From the NCBI GenBank assembly GCA_035559395.1, contig DATMAX010000013.1, forward strand, positions 117,103-141,102: a stretch of DNA of 24,000 nt, written 5' to 3'. Below the pieces are notes generated by a model, which made no database searches, had not been told where the DNA came from, and was given only the letters and a program-made list of their open reading frames with translations. This document shows positions 1 to 10,768 of this stretch, piece by piece. The stretch is from Methylococcus sp. (GTDB lineage: Bacteria > Pseudomonadota > Gammaproteobacteria > Methylococcales > Methylococcaceae). Every line of letters starts with the position of its first letter. Position 1 is the stretch's first letter. Position numbers and translations under genes: made by a program.

Positions 1-53
1 GGGAAGGCCTACACTCTCGCTGGCTGGAAACGGGTTCGGCGCGCCGCGATCGA

Positions 54-2288
54 TCAGAGCTTTTCCATGCGGTCGACACGCTGGAACCCCCGAGGGAGCA
101 AATGGCCGCGGCTTCCCCGCGAACCACAGTAGGGTTGCAGATCGGCCGGTGGAAGGGTCAGGGTCCGCTTGCCGGCGATTATGCGCAGCGTGCAGTCGGC
201 CGAAAGGCAGGCAGCGGCGACGAGGAAGTCTTGCCGTACGGCGAAATCGGCCGGTGGGATTCCCAGCAACTTGTTGCCCTTGCCTTTGTTGAACCGCGGG
301 ACTTCTGCGGCGGGATAGACTAATAAACGGCCCCGCGCCGAGACACAGGCGATCCAGTCGGTGTCCGGATTCGACACGGGAACGGGCATCAGGACCCGCG
401 AGCCTTCCGGTACGGTCAGCAGGGACTTGCCAGAGCGATTCTTGGATCCCAATTCTCCCAATTGCACCAGAAAACCATAACCGGCATCGCTCGCCAACAG
501 ATGCCAGTCCTCTTCCCGCCCCGCCAGAACCGCGACGAACCCGGCTCCTGGGGGTGGGTTGAGACGACTGGTCAACGGCTCCCCCTGGCTGCGCGCCGAA
601 GGCAGGTCACGGACGGGGAGGCTATAGCTGCGTCCGGTAGTATCGAGAACGTAGACCGGTCGGGTCGAACGCCCAAGCGCCGCACAGAGGAATTGGTCGC
701 CGGCGCGATAGTGGAGCGCCTTTGGGTCGACTTCGTGTCCCTTGGCCGCACGCACCCAGCCTTTCTCGGAAAGAATCACCGTGACCGGTTCACTAGTCAT
801 CAGCGCGGTCGTATCCAAGGGTTGAGCGGCAGGTCTGACGACTACGGGAGAACGACGGGCGTCACCGAATCGTTCGGCGTCCTGGCGGAGTTCCCGCTGG
901 ATCAAGGCATCCAACTCGCTGCGGGAGCCCAACACCTCTTCCAGTTGTGCCCGCTCCCGTTGCAGTTCATCGCGCTCACCGTGAATGCGGATTTCTTCCA
1001 GTTTGGCGAGGTGCCGCAGCTTGAGTTCCAGAATGGCTTCGGCTTGCGCGTCGGTGAGACCGAAACGAGCCATGAGGACGGGTTTCGGTTCGTCTTCCCG
1101 GCGCAGGATGGCGATGACTTCGTCGAGGTTGAGAAAAGCGATCAGCAAGCCTGCCAGGACATGCAGGCGCGCCAGGACCTTGTCCAGTCGATGTTGCAAG
1201 CGGCGGCGCACGGTTTCCCGGCGAAACGTCAGCCACTCCAGGAGGATCGTACGCAGGTTCTTGATGCGGGGCTTGCCGTCGAGGCCGATGATGTTGAGAT
1301 TGACGCGATAAGAGCGCTCCAGATCGGTCGTGGCGTACAAATGGGACATGAGGGATTCCACGTCGATCTTGCGGGACTTCGGCAGAATCACCAGACGGGT
1401 CGGATTCTCGTGATCCGACTCGTCGCGCAGATCCTCCACCAGCGGCAGCTTCTTGGCCTCCATCTGCTCGGCGATCTGTTCCAAGATCTTGGCTCCGGAA
1501 ACCTGAAACGGCAGGGCGGTGATGACCAGATTGCCATCCTCCACCTCATAGCGGGCGCGCAGGCGCACGGATCCCGTCCCGGTCTCATAGAGCTTCACCA
1601 ACTCCGTGCGTGGGGTAATGATCTCGGCTTCGGTCGAGAAATCGGGCCCGCGCACATGGCGACAAAGCTCTTCCACCGTAGCCTGCGGACGATCGATCAG
1701 CAGAATCAGGGCGTCGACGATTTCCCGCAGATTGTGCGGCGGAATGTCGGTGGCCATGCCGACCGCGATACCGGTCGCGCCGTTGAGGAGGATGTTCGGC
1801 AACCGTGCAGGCAACAGCCGCGGTTCCTCGATTGTGCCGTCGAAATTCGGCATCCAGTCGACCGCGCCCTGTTCCAACTCCGCCAACAGGCTATGGGCAT
1901 AGGGCGTCAACCGCGCCTCGGTATAGCGCATCGCGGCAAAGGATTTTGGGTCGTCCGGCGAGCCCCAGTTGCCCTGTCCGTCGATCAGGGGATAGCGATA
2001 GGAAAACGGCTGTGCCATCAGCACCATCGCCTCATAACAGGCCAGATCGCCGTGCGGATGGTACTTGCCGAGCACGTCACCGACCGTGCGTGCCGATTTC
2101 TTCGGCTTGGCGTTGGCCGACAGCCCCAGTTCCGACATGGCATAGACAATGCGCCGCTGTACCGGTTTTAGCCCATCGGCGATGTGGGGCAAGGCCCGGT
2201 CCAAGATGACGTACATGGCGTAATCCAGATACGCCTTTTCGGTGAAATCCCGCAGAGGGATGCGCTCGTGGGTAACGTTTTCACTCAT
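54..2288 (-). CDS. parC: DNA topoisomerase IV subunit A
   Basis: 744 aa ORF. It has the GyrA/ParC N-terminus ([43 protein letters not shown]), the catalytic-region pattern [14 protein letters not shown], and a C-terminal domain consistent with ParC. Adjacent to parE on the same strand. Confidence 0.96.
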   Translation of the reverse strand: MSENVTHERIPLRDFTEKAYLDYAMYVILDRALPHIADGLKPVQRRIVYAMSELGLSANAKPKKSARTVGDVLGKYHPHGDLACYEAMVLMAQPFSYRYPLIDGQGNWGSPDDPKSFAAMRYTEARLTPYAHSLLAELEQGAVDWMPNFDGTIEEPRLLPARLPNILLNGATGIAVGMATDIPPHNLREIVDALILLIDRPQATVEELCRHVRGPDFSTEAEIITPRTELVKLYETGTGSVRLRARYEVEDGNLVITALPFQVSGAKILEQIAEQMEAKKLPLVEDLRDESDHENPTRLVILPKSRKIDVESLMSHLYATTDLERSYRVNLNIIGLDGKPRIKNLRTILLEWLTFRRETVRRRLQHRLDKVLARLHVLAGLLIAFLNLDEVIAILRREDEPKPVLMARFGLTDAQAEAILELKLRHLAKLEEIRIHGERDELQRERAQLEEVLGSRSELDALIQRELRQDAERFGDARRSPVVVRPAAQPLDTTALMTSEPVTVILSEKGWVRAAKGHEVDPKALHYRAGDQFLCAALGRSTRPVYVLDTTGRSYSLPVRDLPSARSQGEPLTSRLNPPPGAGFVAVLAGREEDWHLLASDAGYGFLVQLGELGSKNRSGKSLLTVPEGSRVLMPVPVSNPDTDWIACVSARGRLLVYPAAEVPRFNKGKGNKLLGIPPADFAVRQDFLVAAACLSADCTLRIIAGKRTLTLPPADLQPYCGSRGSRGHLLPRGFQRVDRMEKL

Positions 2289-2305
2289 GATTGCTTTGCT
2301 TCCCC

Positions 2306-4192
2306 TCAGAGATCGGCCAGGTCGCCCTTTTCCTCCAGCCAGACCCGACGATCCCCGGCCCGCTTCTTGGCGAGCAACAGGTCCAGCCGCTCGTCGGTGG
2401 CGGCCGGATCGTCCACCGTGAGCTGTACCAGCCGCCGCGTGTCGGGATTCATGGTGGTCTCCCGCAGCTGCGCGGGATTCATCTCACCGAGACCCTTGAA
2501 ACGTAACACGTTGATCTTCCCTTTGATTTTTTCCGCCGCGATGCGATCCAGCACCCCCTGCTTTTCGGCATCGTCAAGGGCGTAGTACACCCGTTGGCCC
2601 ACGTCGATCCGGTAAAGGGGCGGCATCGCGATGTAGACGTGACCGGCCTCGACCAGAGGGCGAAAGTGACGCAAAAACAACGCACACAGCAGAGTGGCAA
2701 TGTGATTGCCATCGGAATCGGCGTCGGCCAGGATACAGACTTTGCCGTAGCGCAGACGGCCCAAGTCCGACGAAGCCGGCTCGACGCCGAGAGCGAGACT
2801 GATGTCATAGACCTCCTGCGAATCCAGGATGTTGGCTGAATCGAGTTCCCAGGTGTTCAAGATCTTTCCCCGCAACGGCATGATCGCCTGGAAATCTTTG
2901 TCGCGCGCTTGCTTGGCGGAACCCCCGGCGGAATCGCCTTCGACCAGGAACAGCTCGGTTCGAGCGCAATCCTGGGCGGCACAATCGGCCAATTTGCCCG
3001 GAAGAGCAGGACCACCGCTCGTTTTCTTGCGCGCAGCCTGACGGCCGGCGCGAACTCGTTTCTGCGCATTCTCGATGACCTGGGCGGCGATCTGTTCGCC
3101 CTGCAGCGGATGCTGGTTGAGCCAGAGACTGAACGAATCGGCAACTACCCCGGACACGAAGGAGGCACACTCCCGCGAATTCAGCCTTTCCTTGGTCTGG
3201 CCAGCGAACTGCGGCTCCTGCAATTTCACCGACAGAACGTAGTTGCAGCGCTCCCAGACGTCGTCGGGCGCAATCTTGATGCCACGCGGGAGAATGCCGC
3301 GGTATTCGCAGAATTCGCGCAAAGCCTCGGTCAGGCCGGTGCGCAAGCCATTCACGTGGGTGCCCCCTTGCGGGGTGGGCACGAGGTTGACATAGCTCTC
3401 CGTAATCGGCGTACCCGCCTCCAAACTCCACACGACCGCCCAATCCGCGCTTTCCTGGCGCCCCGCCATGGCCCCGGTGAAAGGCTCCTCGGGAATGCAG
3501 GGCATCCCCTGAAGCTGCCCCAGCAGATATTGGGTCAAACCGTTCTCGAAACACCAGGTCTCGGTTTCTCCGCTCGCTTCGTCGACGAACCGGATCGTCA
3601 ATCCGGGGCACAACACCGCCTTGGCGCGCAATAAACGGCGCAGACGCGAACGCGAGAAGTGGGGGTTGTCGAAATAACGGGCCTCCGGCCAGAACCGCAC
3701 CGTGGTTCCGGTGTCCCGGCGCGAAACCACGCCGACTTCGGCGAGATCCGCGCGCTTCTCCCCGTGCTCGAACACCATCGCGTGCACTTTGCCACCGCGC
3801 CGGACTTCGACCTGCAGACGCCGCGACAGCGCGTTGACCACCGAAACCCCGACTCCATGCAATCCGCCGGCATAGCGGTAGACTCCTTGCGAAAACTTTC
3901 CCCCGGCGTGCAGTTTGGTCAGAATCACCTCGACGCCCGACACGCCCAGTTCGGGATGGAGATCGACCGGCATGCCCCGACCGTCGTCGGCCACTTCCAG
4001 GCCGCCGTCGGCCAAAAGCCGAACGGTGATGTTATGGGCGTACCCGGCAAGGGCCTCGTCCACCGCGTTGTCGATCACCTCTTGCGCGAGATGGTCGGGA
4101 CGGGTGGTATCGGTATACATGCCCGGTCGCCGGCGGACCGGATCGAGACCGCTCAACACTTCGATGGCGGCGGCATCGTACGCTTCAGTCAT
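2306..4192 (-). CDS. parE: DNA topoisomerase IV subunit B
   Basis: GHKL ATPase motifs ([38 protein letters not shown]) and Toprim motifs ([23 protein letters not shown]). The track ORF begins at 4423, but the conserved N-terminus [26 protein letters not shown] starts at 4192. Confidence 0.95.
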   Translation of the reverse strand: MTEAYDAAAIEVLSGLDPVRRRPGMYTDTTRPDHLAQEVIDNAVDEALAGYAHNITVRLLADGGLEVADDGRGMPVDLHPELGVSGVEVILTKLHAGGKFSQGVYRYAGGLHGVGVSVVNALSRRLQVEVRRGGKVHAMVFEHGEKRADLAEVGVVSRRDTGTTVRFWPEARYFDNPHFSRSRLRRLLRAKAVLCPGLTIRFVDEASGETETWCFENGLTQYLLGQLQGMPCIPEEPFTGAMAGRQESADWAVVWSLEAGTPITESYVNLVPTPQGGTHVNGLRTGLTEALREFCEYRGILPRGIKIAPDDVWERCNYVLSVKLQEPQFAGQTKERLNSRECASFVSGVVADSFSLWLNQHPLQGEQIAAQVIENAQKRVRAGRQAARKKTSGGPALPGKLADCAAQDCARTELFLVEGDSAGGSAKQARDKDFQAIMPLRGKILNTWELDSANILDSQEVYDISLALGVEPASSDLGRLRYGKVCILADADSDGNHIATLLCALFLRHFRPLVEAGHVYIAMPPLYRIDVGQRVYYALDDAEKQGVLDRIAAEKIKGKINVLRFKGLGEMNPAQLRETTMNPDTRRLVQLTVDDPAATDERLDLLLAKKRAGDRRVWLEEKGDLADL

Positions 4193-4351
4193 GGATAAAC
4201 ATGCAGGGTGGGGATATTCCGGCGACGGAGGGGGCGGAACGATTCGGAAAACCGGACGGTGCATTTTAAACGACTTGCTGATTTTGAGATAATCTGTTGC
4301 GAACACCCAACGCCTCGCCTCTCTACTTAATCTCTTACTCAGACCCCACTC

Positions 4352-4582
4352 ATGGCCAAGAAAACACTCCGCTTCGAAGAGGCACTCGACGAACTCGAGC
4401 AATTGGTCGAACGAATGGAGCAAGGCAACCTCTCCCTGGATGAATCGTTGAAACTATTCGAACGAGGAGTGGAACTCACCCGCACCTGCCAGAAAGCACT
4501 GCAGGAAGCCGAACAAAAGGTGCAAATCCTGCTAGAAGAAACCGGTGGAGCCACATTGAGCCCTTTTCATGATGAATCTTGA
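4352..4582 (+). CDS. xseB: Exodeoxyribonuclease VII small subunit
   Basis: 76 aa, MAKKTLRFEEALDELEQLVERMEQGNLSLDESLKLFERGVELTRTCQKALQEAEQKVQIL is typical of XseB. It overlaps the start of ispA, a common arrangement. Confidence 0.93.
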   Translation: MAKKTLRFEEALDELEQLVERMEQGNLSLDESLKLFERGVELTRTCQKALQEAEQKVQILLEETGGATLSPFHDES

Positions 4583-5474
4583 ATCGTCTTTGCGTGATTT
4601 CATGGAGGCTTGTCAACGGCGGATGGAGAGCGCCCTGGAGGTTCGCCTCCCCGCCGCCGACCGCATGCCTGCCCGGCTGCACCAGGCCATGCGTTATGCC
4701 GTGCTCGGCGGTGGCAAACGCCTCAGACCCCTGCTCACCTATGCCACGGGTCGCGCCCTCGGCACTCCATTGGAAGTACTGGACGGACCGGCCTGTGCGG
4801 TGGAATTGATCCATGTCTATTCGCTCGTCCACGACGATTTGCCGGCAATGGACAACGACGACTTGCGACGGGGGAAACCAACCTGTCACAAGGCTTTCGA
4901 CGAAGCGACCGCGATCCTCGCGGGGGACGCCCTCCAGGCCCTGGCGTTTTATCTCTTGGCCCACGATCCGAGCATCGCCGTCCCGGATTCGCATCGCGTC
5001 GCCATGATCGAGACGCTCGCCCAAGCGAGCGGCTCGCACGGCATGGTTGGGGGACAGGCCATCGATCTCGAGGCAGTGGGCAAGACCCTGGATCTTCCGG
5101 GACTGGAGAACATGCACATCCGCAAGACCGGAGCCCTCATCCATGCCGGCGTGCGCTTGGCGTACCTGACCCGCCCCGACCTGCCCGCGGATGTCTCGGA
5201 TCGCCTCGACCATTACGCCAGATGCATCGGACTCGCGTTCCAGATTCAGGACGACATCCTCGACGAGGAAAGCGACAGCGAGACGCTGGGAAAAACGCCA
5301 GGCAAAGACCGTATCCACAACAAGCCCAACTATCCGGCTCTGTTGGGACTCGCCGGTGCCAAGCAGAAGGCCGAGGAACTGCACGAAGCCGCCTTGGAGG
5401 CCCTGCGGGATTTCGGAGCCGAAATGGATCTGCTGCGTGAACTGTCCCGATTCATCATTCAGCGCCGAAACTAG
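4569..5474 (+). CDS. ispA: Farnesyl diphosphate synthase (polyprenyl synthetase family)
   Basis: 301 aa with both aspartate-rich motifs (DDLPAMDNDD and DDILDE), GGKRLRP, and the KTG and GLAFQIQDD blocks. Confidence 0.94.
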   Translation: MMNLESSLRDFMEACQRRMESALEVRLPAADRMPARLHQAMRYAVLGGGKRLRPLLTYATGRALGTPLEVLDGPACAVELIHVYSLVHDDLPAMDNDDLRRGKPTCHKAFDEATAILAGDALQALAFYLLAHDPSIAVPDSHRVAMIETLAQASGSHGMVGGQAIDLEAVGKTLDLPGLENMHIRKTGALIHAGVRLAYLTRPDLPADVSDRLDHYARCIGLAFQIQDDILDEESDSETLGKTPGKDRIHNKPNYPALLGLAGAKQKAEELHEAALEALRDFGAEMDLLRELSRFIIQRRN

Positions 5475-5516
5475 TGTGGCCAACCACGAACCGGGGTATT
5501 CTTTCCTTGCTAAGGC

Positions 5517-5546
5517 CGGCTCCCAAACCCCATAATTCCCGAGCGA
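5517..5546 (+). promoter_or_regulatory. Possible sigma70-type promoter upstream of dxs
   Basis: TTGCTA (5517-5522), 18-bp spacer, CATAAT (5541-5546), about 80 bp upstream of the likely dxs start. Sequence match only. Confidence 0.3.
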
Positions 5547-5625
5547 CGAACTTGGTTACCGATTGGTATTTCCGTCTGGATTCCCGAAGTCTTCGGCCAG
5601 ACCAAGCAATTTGGAACGCGATTAC

Positions 5626-7545
5626 ATGACCGAAGCGAACAGATACCCTCTTCTCAAGCAGATCGACAGCCCCACCGACCTCCGCAAGCTCCCGGAAGAC
5701 CAGTTGCCTCGCTTGGCGGAGGAATTGCGCGCCTATCTCTTGGAAAGCGTGAGTCGATCTGGCGGTCATCTGGCAGCCGGGTTGGGTACGGTCGAACTGA
5801 CCATCGCTCTGCATTACGTATTCCAGACCCCGGACGACAGACTGGTATGGGACGTGGGACACCAGGCCTATCCGCACAAGATCCTCACCGGGCGCCGTGA
5901 TCGCCTTCCCACGATCCGCAAAAAGAACGGCCTGTCGGCATTTCCCTGTCGCACGGAAAGTCCTTACGACTGCTTCGGCGTAGGCCATTCGAGTACCTCG
6001 ATCAGCGCCGCGCTCGGCATGGCGATCGCCGCCGCGCTCGATCAGCGCCCCACCCATGCGGTGGCGATCATCGGCGATGGCGGCCTCACCGGAGGGATGG
6101 CTTTCGAAGCACTGAACCATGCCGGCACGTTGGACGCCAACCTCCTGATCGTGCTCAACGACAACGAGATGTCCATTTCGCCGAACGTGGGGGCTCTCAA
6201 CAATTATCTCGCCAAGGTATTGACGAGCAAGTTTTACTCGACCGTGCGCGAGGGTAGTAAACAGTTGCTGAGCCGCCACATCCCTGGCGCTTGGGAACTG
6301 GCGCGGCGGGCCGAGGAGCACTTCAAGGGCATGGTGGCACCGGGAACCTTGTTCGAGGAGCTCGGATTCCATTACTTTGGCCCCATCGACGGTCACGATC
6401 TCGATACCCTGGTCACCACCCTGCGCAATCTGCGTGAACTGAAGGGGCCCCGGTTCCTGCATGTCGTCACCCGCAAGGGCAAAGGCTATCCCCCCGCCGA
6501 AAAGGACCCCGTCGCTTATCATGGGGTCGGGGCATTCGATCTCGAATCGGACCATCTGCCGGAAACAAAACCCGGCACCCCCACCTTCACCGAAGTGTTC
6601 GGACGCTGGCTCTGCGACATGGCGGCGCAGGACCGGCGCCTGATCGGGATCACCCCCGCCATGCGGGAGGGCTCGGGACTCGTGGAATTCTCGCGATGCT
6701 TCCCGGAGCGCTATTTCGACGTAGGCATCGCCGAACAACACGCGGTCACCTTGGCGGCTGGTTTGGCCTGCGAGGGCTACAAACCGGTGGTCGCGATCTA
6801 TTCCACCTTTCTGCAACGGGCCTATGACCAACTGATCCATGACGTCGCCCTGCAGAATCTGCCGGTTTTGTTCGCCATCGACCGGGCCGGGCTGGTGGGG
6901 CCGGATGGGCCGACCCATGCCGGCAGCTTCGACCTGAGCTACTTGCGCTGCATCCCGAATCTGACCGTCATGGCGCCGGCGGACGAAAACGAATGCCGCC
7001 AGATGCTGTATACCGCCTTCCTTCAGGACGGTCCTACCGCGGTGAGATATCCGCGCGGCAAAGGCCCGGGGGTCCCGGTCATGGAAACGATGACCGCCCT
7101 GCCGATCGGCAAGGCCGAAATCCGGCGTTCAGGAAAGGAAATCGCTATTCTCGCCTTCGGTACGGTCCTGAGTCCTGCCTTGGCCGTCGGTACAAGACTC
7201 GATGCGACGGTCGTCAACATGCGTTTCGTGAAGCCTCTGGACGAGGCATTGATCCTGGAGTTGGTCAGGACGCATTCCTGTATCGTCACGATCGAAGAAA
7301 ACGCAACGGCCGGTGGTGCCGGCAGCGCGGTCAACGAATTGCTCCATGCGCACCGATGCACGGTGCCGGTTTGCAATCTCGGCCTCGCCGATGTGTTCCT
7401 CGAACATGGCAGCCGCGAAGAACTCCTCGCCCTGAGTGGTCTCGACGAGGTCGGAATTGCCCAATCCATCGACCGGTTTCTGCAGGAACTGGCGATCCCC
7501 TTGCGTACCGTCCGCATGCGCTCCGGAATGCAGGCGAAACCTTGA
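5626..7545 (+). CDS. dxs: 1-deoxy-D-xylulose-5-phosphate synthase
   Basis: Thiamine-diphosphate enzyme with [65 protein letters not shown]. The track start is 5563; [16 protein letters not shown] at 5626 is the more likely start. Confidence 0.95.
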   Translation: MTEANRYPLLKQIDSPTDLRKLPEDQLPRLAEELRAYLLESVSRSGGHLAAGLGTVELTIALHYVFQTPDDRLVWDVGHQAYPHKILTGRRDRLPTIRKKNGLSAFPCRTESPYDCFGVGHSSTSISAALGMAIAAALDQRPTHAVAIIGDGGLTGGMAFEALNHAGTLDANLLIVLNDNEMSISPNVGALNNYLAKVLTSKFYSTVREGSKQLLSRHIPGAWELARRAEEHFKGMVAPGTLFEELGFHYFGPIDGHDLDTLVTTLRNLRELKGPRFLHVVTRKGKGYPPAEKDPVAYHGVGAFDLESDHLPETKPGTPTFTEVFGRWLCDMAAQDRRLIGITPAMREGSGLVEFSRCFPERYFDVGIAEQHAVTLAAGLACEGYKPVVAIYSTFLQRAYDQLIHDVALQNLPVLFAIDRAGLVGPDGPTHAGSFDLSYLRCIPNLTVMAPADENECRQMLYTAFLQDGPTAVRYPRGKGPGVPVMETMTALPIGKAEIRRSGKEIAILAFGTVLSPALAVGTRLDATVVNMRFVKPLDEALILELVRTHSCIVTIEENATAGGAGSAVNELLHAHRCTVPVCNLGLADVFLEHGSREELLALSGLDEVGIAQSIDRFLQELAIPLRTVRMRSGMQAKP

Positions 7546-8060
7546 TGGAAAGATTGCGCAGCCGGATTCGCGACATTCCCGATTTCCCGAAACCGGGCAT
7601 CCTGTTCCGCGACATCACTCCGCTGGTCAAGGACCCCCGTGCGCTCCGACTCGCGGTACACCAGTTGCTGCATCCGTTCCTCGGCGAGGACATCACGGCC
7701 GTCGCCGGCATGGAGGCACGCGGCTTCATATTCGGGTCGCTGGTCGCTTGGGAACTGGGGGTAGGTTTCGTGCCTCTGCGCAAACCCGGCAAGCTCCCCT
7801 ATGACGTGCAGGCGATCCATTACGACTTGGAGTATGGGTCAGGCAGTCTCGAAGTCCACGTCGACGCGGTGGGCATCGGCGACCGGGTGCTTCTGATCGA
7901 CGATCTGTTGGCCACCGGCGGTACGGCCCGGGCGAGTTGTGCTTTGATCGAACGGCTCGGCGCCCAAGTCGTCGCCTGTGCGTTCGTCATCGAACTGGAC
8001 GATCTCGGGGGAAGGAAAGCCCTGCGGGAGTATCGGGTCCATTCCCTGCTCCATTATTGA
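7545..8060 (+). CDS. apt: Adenine phosphoribosyltransferase
   Basis: 171 aa from the ATG at 7545, which overlaps the dxs stop (TGATG). It contains IPDFPKPGILFRDITPL, GMEARGFIFG, LLIDDLLATGGTA. The upstream part of the track ORF (6993-7544) is an alternative frame inside dxs. Confidence 0.93.
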   Translation: MERLRSRIRDIPDFPKPGILFRDITPLVKDPRALRLAVHQLLHPFLGEDITAVAGMEARGFIFGSLVAWELGVGFVPLRKPGKLPYDVQAIHYDLEYGSGSLEVHVDAVGIGDRVLLIDDLLATGGTARASCALIERLGAQVVACAFVIELDDLGGRKALREYRVHSLLHY

Positions 8061-8084
8061 CCCTCTCTTGCCGTGATTTGGCGC

Positions 8085-8117
8085 ACGAAGAAGCCGGCTT
8101 CCCGCCGGCTTCTTCGT
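8085..8117. terminator. Perfect 14-bp stem hairpin between convergent genes (likely bidirectional terminator)
   Basis: ACGAAGAAGCCGGC (8085-8098), TTCCC loop, GCCGGCTTCTTCGT (8104-8117). It lies between the apt stop (8060) and the hpnH stop (8174). There is no long T tract. Confidence 0.7.
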
Positions 8118-8173
8118 ACTTCCCGCGAAGCGACGATGACCTCGCGGTATCGACTCGCGCTACCAAACCGGAA

Positions 8174-9286
8174 TCATTCGACTGCTTCGATCCGGATTGT
8201 GGGTCGCACTTTGACCGGTTCCGGGGCAGGGTCGGCTTCGTATTCGGGAACCGGTTCCGGGGCCATCGGGCCTTGGGTGCGAGGTCCGAACAGGGCCACC
8301 CAGGCGGCTTTCCAGGGCCTTCGCAGGGCATCTTCGACGGCGCTGGCTTCATAGCCGCAGTGGGCCATGCAATTGGCGCACTTGGGATTCTTCGAATTGC
8401 CGTATTTGTGCCACGGGGTCTCCTCGAGCAAAGCGCGAAACGACGGCGCATAGCCTTCATCCACCAGCAGGTAGCAGGGCTTTTGCCAGCCGAAGACGTT
8501 CCGCGTCGGATTTCCCCAAGGGGTACAGGGATAACCCTGATTGCCGGCGAGAAAATCGAGATAGAGACTGGAGTGATTGAGCCGCCACTTTCTCCCCTTC
8601 CCTAGCCGGAATACCTTGCGGAACAGTTCCTTGCTGTCCCGCATCCGGATGAAGATATCCTGCTGGGGTGCGTGCTCATAACTGAAGCCGGGGGCGATCG
8701 TCACACCTTCGACCCCGAGTCGCGCGGTATAGTCCAGGAACTCCGCCACTTCGGAAGCGGATTCTCCTTGGAACAAGGTGCAGTTGATGGTAACCCGAAA
8801 CCCACGGCGGATCGCCAACTCGATGGCTTCGACCGCCCGATCGAACACACCCGTCTGGCATACCGAAGCGTCATGCCGTTCCCGATTGCCATCGAGATGG
8901 ATGGAAAAAGTCAGATAGGGAGATGGCCGATAGTCGTCGATTCGCTTCTTGAGCAGGAGTGCGTTCGTGCAGAGATAGACATATTTCTTGCGCTCGATGA
9001 TCCCGGCGACGATTTGCGGCAACTCCTTGTGAAGCAACGGCTCGCCACCCGCGATCGAGACGATCGGGGCACCGCACTCATCCACCGCCTTGAGGCACTC
9101 CTCGACGCTCAACCGGCGATTCAGGATCTCATCCGGGTAGTCGATCTTGCCACAGCCTGCACAGGCCAAATTGCAGCGGAACAACGGTTCCAGCATCAAC
9201 ACCAGCGGATACCGTTTGACTCCGAAGATCTTCTGTTTGAGCAAGTACTTTGCCACAGTCAACTGTTGACGCAGTGGAACGCCCAT
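8174..9286 (-). CDS. hpnH: Radical SAM adenosylhopane synthase HpnH
   Basis: 370 aa with the radical SAM motif LEPLFRCNLACAGCGKIDYP, SIAGGEPLL and the C-terminal cysteine cluster CANCMAHCGYE. The N-terminus MGVPLRQQLTVAKYLLKQKIFGVKRYPLVLMLEPLFRCN is characteristic of HpnH. RBS-like GAGGAG lies upstream. Adjacent to hopanoid genes. Confidence 0.94.
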   Translation of the reverse strand: MGVPLRQQLTVAKYLLKQKIFGVKRYPLVLMLEPLFRCNLACAGCGKIDYPDEILNRRLSVEECLKAVDECGAPIVSIAGGEPLLHKELPQIVAGIIERKKYVYLCTNALLLKKRIDDYRPSPYLTFSIHLDGNRERHDASVCQTGVFDRAVEAIELAIRRGFRVTINCTLFQGESASEVAEFLDYTARLGVEGVTIAPGFSYEHAPQQDIFIRMRDSKELFRKVFRLGKGRKWRLNHSSLYLDFLAGNQGYPCTPWGNPTRNVFGWQKPCYLLVDEGYAPSFRALLEETPWHKYGNSKNPKCANCMAHCGYEASAVEDALRRPWKAAWVALFGPRTQGPMAPEPVPEYEADPAPEPVKVRPTIRIEAVE

Positions 9287-9559
9287 TCATCCTCTCCTCA
9301 GATTCTCGTAACGTGATGGATCACGCCATCTAATGGTTTCTATCGTGCCAACCATGCGGGTGAATCCGGCATTGCCGGAGCCCTACCCGGCAGGGTCAAC
9401 GACGGTGCAACGAATTGATTCCCTCCTGTCACGTTCGGATTCTTGGCCGAAATTTCAATGGTGACAAATCGTCGTCAACGGCATTTCCCTGGCGCGTGGA
9501 GCATGCTAGCATCGCGTTGCTTTTTTCTCAACTCATCTTCGATAAAAAAGCAACAAAAC

Positions 9560-9587
9560 TTGACTGGAAGATTCTCACCAGTAGAAT
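9560..9587 (+). promoter_or_regulatory. Putative sigma70 promoter for the hopanoid gene run
   Basis: TTGACT (9560-9565), 16-bp spacer, TAGAAT (9582-9587), each 5/6 to consensus. It sits in an unusually AT-rich stretch about 70 bp upstream of the synthase gene. Confidence 0.6.
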
Positions 9588-9590
9588 CTT
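9568..9590. repeat. Perfect inverted repeat AAGATTCT-N7-AGAATCTT overlapping the -10 element
   Basis: Left arm 9568-9575, spacer CACCAGT 9576-9582, right arm 9583-9590. The arms are exact reverse complements. Confidence 0.75.
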
Positions 9591-9656
9591 GAAATTTTTA
9601 CAAACGAATCGGTCGACTCCAACGCGAGGACAGACGGACTCCAATCCCCGAATTCG

Positions 9657-10733
9657 ATGAGCGGAATACGCCCCACACTCGACACCTTGTCCGACGCCGA
9701 TTTCCAGGCCCGTTTTCTGGATGGGGTATCGCGTACCTTCGCTCTCACCATCCCGCAATTGCCAACGCCTTTGGCCGCACCGGTGGCCAACGGTTACCTG
9801 TTATGCCGGATCGTGGATACGATCGAAGACGAAGTGGGGCTCAGCTCGCAGCAGAAACGGACCTTCTGCGAACGTTTCATTCGCGTCGTCGCCGGTCAAG
9901 AAGCCGCCGAACCGCTCGCAACGGACCTGAGGCCCTTGCTTTCCGAACAAACCCTGCGAGCCGAACGCGAGTTGATCGCCGAGATCCCTCGGGTGATACG
10001 GATTACCCATAGCTTCGCTCCCCCGCAACGTGAAGCTCTTTCCGACTGTGTGGCCACCATGGCGCGTGGCATGGCCGCGTTCCAGGATCAGGATCTGCGT
10101 CGCGGTTTGAACGATCTCGGGCAAATGGCGGACTACTGCTACTACGTCGCCGGCGTCGTGGGGGAAATGCTGACGCGTCTTTTCTGCCATTACTCCCCGG
10201 AAATCACGGCACACCGGAACGACCTGATGGGCCTCGCGGTGTCCTTCGGTCAGGGGTTGCAGATGACCAACATTCTCAAGGACATTTGGGACGACCGCGA
10301 ACGCGGAGTTTGCTGGCTGCCACGAGACGTTTTTGCCGAAGCCGGGTTCGATCTGTCCGATCTCAGGCCCGATCATCAAAGCCCCGCCTTCGCGGAAGGT
10401 CTCCGCCATTTGCTCGCCGTAGCCCACGGACATTTGCGCGACGCCTTGGAGTACACCCTGTTGATCCCCTCCCACGAGACCGGAATCCGCGAGTTTTGCC
10501 TGTGGGCCATCGGAATGGCCGTTCTCACCTTACGCAAGATTCACGGCAATCCTTATTTCAGCGACTCCAGTCAGGTGAAGATCACGCGGCGCGCGGTCAA
10601 GGCCACGATCCTGGTATCCCGCTTGGGCCGCCGTCACGACGCCTTGCTCCGAAGCGTTTTTTGGCTCGCCGGACTCGGCCTACCCAGGACCCGAGCGGTC
10701 GCCGCCATGTTACGCAATCACATCGACGTCTGA
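9657..10733 (+). CDS. Squalene/phytoene synthase family protein, probable squalene synthase
   Basis: 358 aa. It has the first Asp-rich motif DTIEDE, YCYYVAGVVGEMLTRLF, and the second Asp-rich region GLQMTNILKDIWDD. It lies immediately upstream of shc. Confidence 0.88.
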   Translation: MSGIRPTLDTLSDADFQARFLDGVSRTFALTIPQLPTPLAAPVANGYLLCRIVDTIEDEVGLSSQQKRTFCERFIRVVAGQEAAEPLATDLRPLLSEQTLRAERELIAEIPRVIRITHSFAPPQREALSDCVATMARGMAAFQDQDLRRGLNDLGQMADYCYYVAGVVGEMLTRLFCHYSPEITAHRNDLMGLAVSFGQGLQMTNILKDIWDDRERGVCWLPRDVFAEAGFDLSDLRPDHQSPAFAEGLRHLLAVAHGHLRDALEYTLLIPSHETGIREFCLWAIGMAVLTLRKIHGNPYFSDSSQVKITRRAVKATILVSRLGRRHDALLRSVFWLAGLGLPRTRAVAAMLRNHIDV

Positions 10734-10768
10734 TTCGCCATTTCGCAACCCTCAGGGAACCATCGGCC

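Noticed and set aside
462-2171. 569 aa plus-strand ORF opposite parC
   Set aside because: Codon-aligned antisense of parC with no domain signature.
4288-4293. GATAAT as a possible -10 for xseB
   Set aside because: No acceptable -35 hexamer at 16-18 bp upstream (only TTTAAA-like sequence).
4476-5483. 335 aa minus-strand ORF opposite ispA
   Set aside because: Fully antisense to a clear farnesyl diphosphate synthase gene.
5455-6918. 487 aa minus-strand ORF opposite dxs
   Set aside because: Codon boundaries coincide exactly with dxs codons. In GC-rich genes this antisense phase lacks stops because TTA, CTA and TCA are rare in the sense strand. The protein looks like antisense translation and has no recognisable domain.
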